Shown piece by piece: positions 15,273-20,000 of a DNA stretch of 20,000 nt. The notes below the pieces were generated by a model that was not told the origin of the DNA, did no database searches, and saw nothing but the letters and a program-made list of their open reading frames with translations. The stretch comes from an uncultured virus (IMG/VR IMGVR_UViG_3300033406_000383) (Duplodnaviria > Heunggongvirae > Uroviricota > Caudoviricetes). The translations under genes were made by a program, and so were the position numbers. Numbering within the stretch: the stretch's first letter is position 1; each line of letters begins with the position of its first letter. Where the stretch lies: the IMG/VR virus record IMGVR_UViG_3300033406_000383; one strand, written 5' to 3'.

Positions 15273-15974
15273 TTAAGCCATCTTTGATAACCATTGAATA
15301 CCCTTGGGAGATACATAAGTAATACTATGATGCGATGGAGTTTCATATGGAGCTTTAACTGCGAAATATCCTGCTTCAATGTACTTTTGATACGGTATTG
15401 TACTGTTCTTCATTAGAATATCATTACTGCGTAGTAATCCGAAGAGTCTCTTTTGCCCAGTACCAAGCATCTTCGCAGCATTTCCTATGGAATAATATCC
15501 ATTATTGTCAATGAACACGTCAAAGGCTTTGGCTTTGGGTTCCATAGTTGCCACTTTAATTTCTAAGACATTCTTTGCTTCTATGGCATCTGCCCATGCT
15601 CTCGCCGCTGTCACTGGATTATTAAAGTTTGGCAATATGAAATTCACTGCTTTGAAGTAGGTTTCTTCGAGTACATCGAATTGTTGCCATGCTTTATCTG
15701 TGTCTAATATCTTGGAATGTCTATTGGCTCCACGGTCTGTCCAAAGGTAGAGACTTGGTGAACGTTGTGGCACTACATGAACATTGTTCACATAGTCCTT
15801 GAAAGCCTTTAGTTCTGCGCCAGTAAGCACATGGTAATCCCTGCCTTCTATGAAGCGATCCTTGTTATTGCTAAAGTTCTTAACTATGTTATTGCCATCT
15901 GTTTCATAGACCTCCGCAAGTTGCGCTGTGGTGAGTACACGATTTCCTTTGTGTTCGATGATTGCTAAGTTCAT
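15273..15974 (-). CDS. Phage antirepressor-family protein (ORF6N + KilAC/ANT domains)
   Basis: RVLTTAQLAEVYE, RFIEGRDY, LYLWTDRGANRHSKILDTDKAW; PKAKAFD...IGNAAKMLGTGQKRLF. Confidence 0.88.
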   Translation of the reverse strand: MNLAIIEHKGNRVLTTAQLAEVYETDGNNIVKNFSNNKDRFIEGRDYHVLTGAELKAFKDYVNNVHVVPQRSPSLYLWTDRGANRHSKILDTDKAWQQFDVLEETYFKAVNFILPNFNNPVTAARAWADAIEAKNVLEIKVATMEPKAKAFDVFIDNNGYYSIGNAAKMLGTGQKRLFGLLRSNDILMKNSTIPYQKYIEAGYFAVKAPYETPSHHSITYVSPKGIQWLSKMA

Positions 15975-15999
15975 ACTATACTTCCTCCTTATTTATACT

Positions 16000-16296
16000 T
16001 TACAACACTGATTTCATTGATTCTTCGATTTCCTTGCTGGGACACCCAGGCTCTTTCATCATAGCTTCATAGAGTTTCATAGCTGACTTAACAGCATAGC
16101 TATCTGGGTTAATATCGCCTTCGATGATTTGCTCAGGCTTACTAAGGATTTCATTCATCTTCTCAGGAGACACCTTGTATGCCCTGCCCCATGCCTTCGC
16201 TACTTCAATGATTTCTTCGACTGACACTCCGTATTCAGGATCAATCATAGGTTGAGTTAGGGCTTCATTGGCTTTCTTAAGTTGCTCTGGTGTCAT
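16000..16296 (-). CDS. Hypothetical protein
   Basis: 98 aa, GAGGAGG RBS, ATGA overlap. Confidence 0.7.
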   Translation of the reverse strand: MTPEQLKKANEALTQPMIDPEYGVSVEEIIEVAKAWGRAYKVSPEKMNEILSKPEQIIEGDINPDSYAVKSAMKLYEAMMKEPGCPSKEIEESMKSVL

Positions 16297-16508
16297 AGAT
16301 ATTCCTCCTCTATATAGTTTCTATGGAATTCTTCACAAATAGGGTCTTCGCAGGTTTCATAGAGCTTATATTCGGTGCAATCCTCGCATCTATCTGCGTA
16401 ATAATGGTCTCCAAGGAACCAATGTGTATACAATGAATTTCTAATACACATATCGCAGTCTACCTTGTATACACTACAATCGCTAGTATACTCGCAGTTA
16501 ACTTTCAT
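16293..16508 (-). CDS. Cys-rich hypothetical protein
   Basis: 71 aa, AAAGGAG RBS. Confidence 0.7.
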   Translation of the reverse strand: MKVNCEYTSDCSVYKVDCDMCIRNSLYTHWFLGDHYYADRCEDCTEYKLYETCEDPICEEFHRNYIEEEYL

Positions 16509-16510
16509 TG

Positions 16511-16702
16511 TTACACTCCTTTAAATCCATTGCCATATCTTTGTTCAATGTATTTGAATAACTTTGCTTCCTCGAATCTCCAATATTTACCTATCTTGAC
16601 TCCAGGTATCTTCCTTCTTTTTGCCAATTCATAGACTTGCTTTGTTGATAGCTTAAGGATATCTGAGACTTCATTAGCAGTTAGGTAATTCACTGTAGCC
16701 AT
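16511..16702 (-). CDS. Excisionase-like HTH_17 DNA-binding protein
   Basis: YLTANEVSDILKLSTKQVYEL...KIPGVKIGKYWRF. Confidence 0.85.
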   Translation of the reverse strand: MATVNYLTANEVSDILKLSTKQVYELAKRRKIPGVKIGKYWRFEEAKLFKYIEQRYGNGFKGV

Positions 16703-16704
16703 TG

Positions 16705-17505
16705 TTATTCCTCCTTATTCAATGTAACATCTCTGGATTCATCGTATGCGAAGTCTCCAAAGTATTTAGCTTCGGCTGCCTTGCGAGCCGCAATGGCACC
16801 TTGGATGTCTGAGTATGATCCAAGGTAAATAACCTTAGTATTTACTGTAATATTTGCAATCCATCGATTAGCCCTGCTGCGCCAATGAACACCTTTGCAT
16901 CCCGATGTATTCCTTGAGCTTATTCTTGCATTTTGCTGTGCAGATGATAGCGTCCCCTCCATTAGATTATTCTTACGATAATCTAATGTATCTTTGTTTT
17001 TAAACACTACCATTCCATCGATTTTCATAAGCAAATGATGCGCATATGTTAATACACCGTTAATCCTAGTACTGGCCATTAGATACTTTCCAGCCCCGTT
17101 GATATGCCAATGATGCATCTTAAATTTAGATATATCATCAATATCAATTTTAAAACTACCAACATTAGTATCCTGTTTTCCGAAGCATGTTATTTTAGCG
17201 TAGGTATTATGCATCGTAATAATATTATCCTTGGATTTCTTTATACCATTACATGGGTTACTCAATATTTCACCATACCTTTCCATATGATGCATATGAG
17301 TCATACATAAGTCCATCTTAAATTTCCCTTTCTTGCCACAGACTCTATAAGTACTACCACACACTTCGCATGATTTTAATGCGTTCGCAGTATTACTATG
17401 TCTATTCATGTATTGGTAATGTTTGGGGCATAAGTCCATATTAAGTTTGCCTGTTTTTCCAGATATCCTTCCTTCGCTAGTTCCACAGACTTCACAGGTT
17501 TTCAT
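16705..17505 (-). CDS. HNH-AP2-type protein with degenerate HNH motif and duplicated N-terminal Zn fingers
   Basis: Start ATG 17505 behind GGAGG; two CEVCG...DLCxxH repeats; VVFKNKDTLDYRKNNL in place of xDHxNxxxLDNRxxNL; NTSGCKGVHW AP2 domain. Confidence 0.8.
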   Translation of the reverse strand: MKTCEVCGTSEGRISGKTGKLNMDLCPKHYQYMNRHSNTANALKSCEVCGSTYRVCGKKGKFKMDLCMTHMHHMERYGEILSNPCNGIKKSKDNIITMHNTYAKITCFGKQDTNVGSFKIDIDDISKFKMHHWHINGAGKYLMASTRINGVLTYAHHLLMKIDGMVVFKNKDTLDYRKNNLMEGTLSSAQQNARISSRNTSGCKGVHWRSRANRWIANITVNTKVIYLGSYSDIQGAIAARKAAEAKYFGDFAYDESRDVTLNKEE

Positions 17506-17524
17506 TGTTATCCTCCGTTTATCC

Positions 17525-17542
17525 ATAGTTTCCTTTGGTTTC
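17525..17542 (-). repeat. Junction motif, core-only copy
   Basis: GAAACCAAAGGAAACTAT; upstream box reads CATTGG rather than CYATGY. Confidence 0.85.
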
Positions 17543-17630
17543 CCATGTCCCCAATGTAAAAGGAATGCATCGCACTCCCTATGTCCTGTCCCTTGTTCTA
17601 TTCACTGCAACTCACCGTCCTTATGTATTT

Positions 17631-17659
17631 ATAGTATCACTTAGTTTCCTTAGTGTCAA
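17631..17659 (-). promoter_or_regulatory. SigA-type promoter (extended -10) with a motif half-site in the spacer
   Basis: TTGACA-ctaaggaaactaagTGa (17 nt)-TACTAT. Confidence 0.8.
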
Positions 17660-17940
17660 GCATTATTTCTAGGATTATCAAAACAATATTCTGCCACTCC
17701 ATCTACTAAGATATCCTCAAGTTCACTATTTGTCTCTTGTAACTCTAAGAGTGTTGGTGCTGATTCTGGGTGAATCCTTATTAAACTATGAAAAATTGCA
17801 GTCCTGCGGTCTAGTAAAGGACGCCTTCGCTCTGCTGCGATTGCCATAGCTGTCCCTGGGATATACTCCGCATCCCAAATGTCATCATTGTATTGATCTA
17901 AGCTTGTCCCTTGCCTGTGTTTGGTTGCTAATGTCATCAA
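17656..17940 (-). CDS. Hypothetical protein, first clear gene of the leftward arm
   Basis: 94 aa, AAGGGGG RBS; start is TTG 17940 or ATG 17937. Confidence 0.65.
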   Translation of the reverse strand: MMTLATKHRQGTSLDQYNDDIWDAEYIPGTAMAIAAERRRPLLDRRTAIFHSLIRIHPESAPTLLELQETNSELEDILVDGVAEYCFDNPRNNA

Positions 17941-17987
17941 TGTATTATCCCCCTTATTTAGTAATGTTGCATCTCTTTGTTAAACTC

Positions 17988-18017
17988 ATAATAACACATT
18001 AGTTTCATTGTAGTCAA
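17988..18017 (-). promoter_or_regulatory. SigA-type leftward promoter with a motif half-site in the spacer
   Basis: TTGACT-acaatgaaactaatgTGt (18 nt)-TATTAT. Confidence 0.65.
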
Positions 18018-18135
18018 TAGTTTTCTTATAAAGTTTATTGTGATATAATGAATACAATGTTACTACGTGGTTTCTTTGTTGATACAACGGGTATAAACCC
18101 TCCTTGATTTGGGAATACTGTAACTTTATGTCCTA

Positions 18136-18164
18136 ATATTACCATAGCCATCAAAAGGTGTCAA
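18136..18164 (-). promoter_or_regulatory. SigA-type leftward promoter of the switch region
   Basis: TTGACA-17 nt ending TGg-TAATAT; -35 lies within the imperfect palindrome AAAAGGTGTCAACACTTTT. Confidence 0.65.
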
Positions 18165-18204
18165 CACTTTTATTATGTACTCTATTGTAATTCCAAATCC
18201 TTTA

Positions 18205-18233
18205 TTGCAATATTATTTATGTGCATATATAAT
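18205..18233 (+). promoter_or_regulatory. SigA-type promoter of the repressor gene
   Basis: TTGCAA-17 nt-TATAAT followed by AAGGAGGTGA RBS. Confidence 0.75.
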
Positions 18234-18253
18234 ATACCAAGGAGGTGATCAAA

Positions 18254-18577
18254 TTGTTATATGGGGAACGAGTTAGGTATGCGAGGAAGAAACTAGGGCT
18301 ATCCAGAATGAAATTCGCAGTAATGCTGGATATGACCGAACGCAGCATTGCTAACGTCGAGAATTCCAAGGATGAGTCAGTAAAACTCAGCTTCGAACGA
18401 ATGAAGCTAATCATTGAAAAAGCTGAGTTACCTGCTGGCTATTTCTTTTATACTAACAAAGAGTTCATGGATATTGTGTTGAGTGACCATGCTCCCGATG
18501 TTTATACTAAGGGTGGGCACATGCTTGACGAAGAATTCAAGGAAGTCCTAGAGCTTTCTAAACAAAAGCTAGATTAA
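18254..18577 (+). CDS. XRE/HTH_3 immunity repressor without a peptidase S24 domain
   Basis: GERVRYARKKLGLSRMKFAVML...IANVEN; TTG 18254 suits the RBS better than GTG 18245; divergent from the lytic arm. Confidence 0.82.
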   Translation: MLYGERVRYARKKLGLSRMKFAVMLDMTERSIANVENSKDESVKLSFERMKLIIEKAELPAGYFFYTNKEFMDIVLSDHAPDVYTKGGHMLDEEFKEVLELSKQKLD

Positions 18578-18718
18578 ACCATGGTTCCTAAGTCTCCTTA
18601 GGAACTCCTCTTCGAAATCAGGGTGAACAAAGTATATCCCATGCACCCATGCCCACTCAGTATACTTGAAGTTATACAGAATATACTTGATATCTCCAAC
18701 GGTCTTTACTGTATACAT
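18569..18718 (-). CDS. 49-aa protein under LexA control; candidate SOS antirepressor (not in ORF track)
   Basis: AGGAG RBS, own promoter and LexA box; MYTVKTVGDIKYILYNFKYTEWAWVHGIYFVHPDFEEEFLRRLRNHGLI. Confidence 0.7.
   Translation of the reverse strand: MYTVKTVGDIKYILYNFKYTEWAWVHGIYFVHPDFEEEFLRRLRNHGLI
18584..18605. terminator. Perfect 9-bp hairpin after the repressor stop; possible terminator or stabiliser
   Basis: GTTCCTAAG-TCTC-CTTAGGAAC; no clear U tract. Confidence 0.35.
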
Positions 18719-18733
18719 TGTAACATCTCCTAT

Positions 18734-18747
18734 AGAACAAGTGTTCG
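18734..18747. promoter_or_regulatory. LexA (DinR/Cheo) box, Bacillota type
   Basis: AGAACAAGTGTTCG = GAAC-N4-GTTC; 13 of 14 positions match CGAACRNRYGTTYG. Confidence 0.85.
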
Positions 18748-18767
18748 TTGTTTTAATATTTGCTTAT

Positions 18768-18796
18768 AGTTTACCATAGGTCTCAAGTCCTGTAAA
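18768..18796 (-). promoter_or_regulatory. SigA-type promoter for the 49-aa gene
   Basis: TTTACA-ggacttgagacctaTGg (17 nt)-TAAACT. Confidence 0.7.
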
Positions 18797-18857
18797 CGAT
18801 GATAAATGTCGAATATAGGATTATTTAGTATCGTTTAATAATTTCTACGGAGGGAAT

Positions 18858-20000
18858 ATGGAAGAAAAACATAAGAAGAAGCGTAGAGCCAAGGGAGACG
18901 GTGGATACCAAGATTTAGGCAATGGAAAGCATAAGGTTCAAATAACGATCAAAGGCATCGATGGTAAACAGTGTCGAAAATCGTTTACTGCGGATTCTAA
19001 GCCTAAAGCTATAAAAATGCTCAACAAATTCAAGGCTGAAGCTGAGAACGGTATATTAGTAGCTCCACAGAAAACCACCATAAAAGACTATGTACAGCGA
19101 TGGTTAGATTCCAAAGCATTCTCTGTTAAGCCAAAGTCTTATTCTACATACAAATTTGCCTGTGATAAACACATTGTTCCCACCCTAGGCAAACTAAAGA
19201 TACAGAAAGTCACCACAGCGACCATTAACGACTACTTTAGCACTATGGGTAAACTAGGGTTAGCATTGGCTTCTATGGCTCAACACAGGGCGATTCTGAG
19301 TGGTGTAATGACACTCGCAGTAAACGAGGGTGTCATAGGTAAGAACCCAGTGACCACTGCTACCTCGATCCCTAAGAGCCGTAGTAAACAAGTAGTGCTT
19401 AGTAATGAGCAGATAGCAAAGCTGCTTGAGGTTTCTAGGACATACAAAGGTAAGCACAAAGGCAAGAGACTCCACTGCATCTACCATATTATCCTCCTGG
19501 CCTTAGCCACAGGAATGCGGAGGGGTGAACTCTTAGGACTTCAGTGGAACAATGTTACCGATGATTCAGTGAAAGTCGTGGATAACTATGTGGAGATTGA
19601 TGGCAAGGGTGTCATGGATACTCCTAAGTCCGAGAATGGAGCCAGGGTATTCAGTGTTGAATCAGAGGTAATCAAGACACTTAGGGATGAACTATACGAT
19701 CCCAAGTGTCCTTTAGTATTTCATGATAATGGTGAGCACATCAAGTTCACTAATTTAACTAGGGATTATAAGAATTGTCTTGAGCTCGCAGGGATATCCA
19801 GGGAAGTACGACTGCATGATCTCAGGCATACTCATGTTACCCACTTACTCTCGAATCACTATGATATTAAATTGGTCGCGCAGAGAATCGGTGATGATCC
19901 TAAAACTGTCCTAAATACCTATGCTCATGTGATGCCTGAGAAGGACAAGGAAGCCGCGAAATTCATGGGCTCAAAGCTATTTCCAAAGGATGATAAATAA
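18858..20000 (+). CDS. int: Tyrosine recombinase / phage integrase
   Basis: N-terminal arm-binding region RRAKGDG; TGMRRGELLGLQW, TPKS, HDLRHTH, TYAHV. Confidence 0.95.
   Translation: MEEKHKKKRRAKGDGGYQDLGNGKHKVQITIKGIDGKQCRKSFTADSKPKAIKMLNKFKAEAENGILVAPQKTTIKDYVQRWLDSKAFSVKPKSYSTYKFACDKHIVPTLGKLKIQKVTTATINDYFSTMGKLGLALASMAQHRAILSGVMTLAVNEGVIGKNPVTTATSIPKSRSKQVVLSNEQIAKLLEVSRTYKGKHKGKRLHCIYHIILLALATGMRRGELLGLQWNNVTDDSVKVVDNYVEIDGKGVMDTPKSENGARVFSVESEVIKTLRDELYDPKCPLVFHDNGEHIKFTNLTRDYKNCLELAGISREVRLHDLRHTHVTHLLSNHYDIKLVAQRIGDDPKTVLNTYAHVMPEKDKEAAKFMGSKLFPKDDK

Larger units (their letters stand above)
1..20000. mobile_element. Temperate phage/prophage: lysogeny module plus replication arm
   Basis: Integrase, repressor, xis-like gene, antirepressor, replisome genes, dense small phage ORFs, no host housekeeping genes. 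Confidence 0.93.

Noticed and set aside
2590..17526. Long N-terminal extensions in track ORFs starting at 3282, 9248, 15080, 15379 and 17526
   Set aside because: They read through the motif/RBS (giving NQRKL-like peptides) or overlap upstream genes; downstream ATGs have a proper RBS or stop-start coupling
88..17542. Repeated motif as a CRISPR array
   Set aside because: Copies are 157 bp to several kb apart and separated by genes; no regular spacers and no cas genes
17508..17570. 20-aa minus-strand ORF MHSFYIGDMGNQRKLWINGG
   Set aside because: Very short, half of it is the motif itself, and RBS spacing is tight; cannot be supported without expression data
240..17644. Plus-strand ORFs across the leftward arm (for example 12599..13069, 5067..5405, 11811..12002)
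   Set aside because: Mostly antisense shadows of well-supported genes; no convincing RBS or recognisable motifs
18578..18857. attP/attL site next to the integrase
   Set aside because: The interval is explained by the 49-aa gene and its promoter; no tRNA fragment or core repeat is visible, so att probably lies beyond position 20000
18217..19487. Minus-strand ORFs 18217..18414, 19260..19487 and 19280..19480
   Set aside because: Antisense to the repressor or integrase with no supporting signals

Overview
Integration/immunity end and early-middle (replication) arm of a temperate phage or prophage, most likely from a Bacillota host (SigA-type promoters, strong GGAGG Shine-Dalgarno sites, a GAAC-N4-GTTC LexA box). 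The + strand at the right end carries a short XRE repressor and a tyrosine integrase. Everything from about 17940 to 1 is one tightly packed minus-strand arm. It encodes an excisionase-like HTH, an ORF6N/KilAC antirepressor, a T7 gp2.5-like SSB, a RepL-like wHTH protein followed by a hairpin-rich non-coding segment, an ATP-dependent ligase, a 3D-domain protein, a fused DnaG/DnaB primase-helicase, a T7 gp6-like exonuclease, a dNMP kinase, a DUF1064-like nuclease, three AP2-containing endonuclease-type genes and many small hypothetical or Zn-finger genes. The strongest unexplained signal is a 32-bp bipartite motif (minus strand CYATGYCY-N6-GHAACCAAAGGAAACYRA). It occurs as 12 full copies, all in one orientation and each at a gene junction upstream of an RBS, with partial copies inside three SigA promoters. 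Also notable are a 49-aa minus-strand gene under a LexA box between repressor and integrase (candidate SOS antirepressor) and an apparent ATA start codon. All family calls come from motif recognition by eye; no database searches were run.
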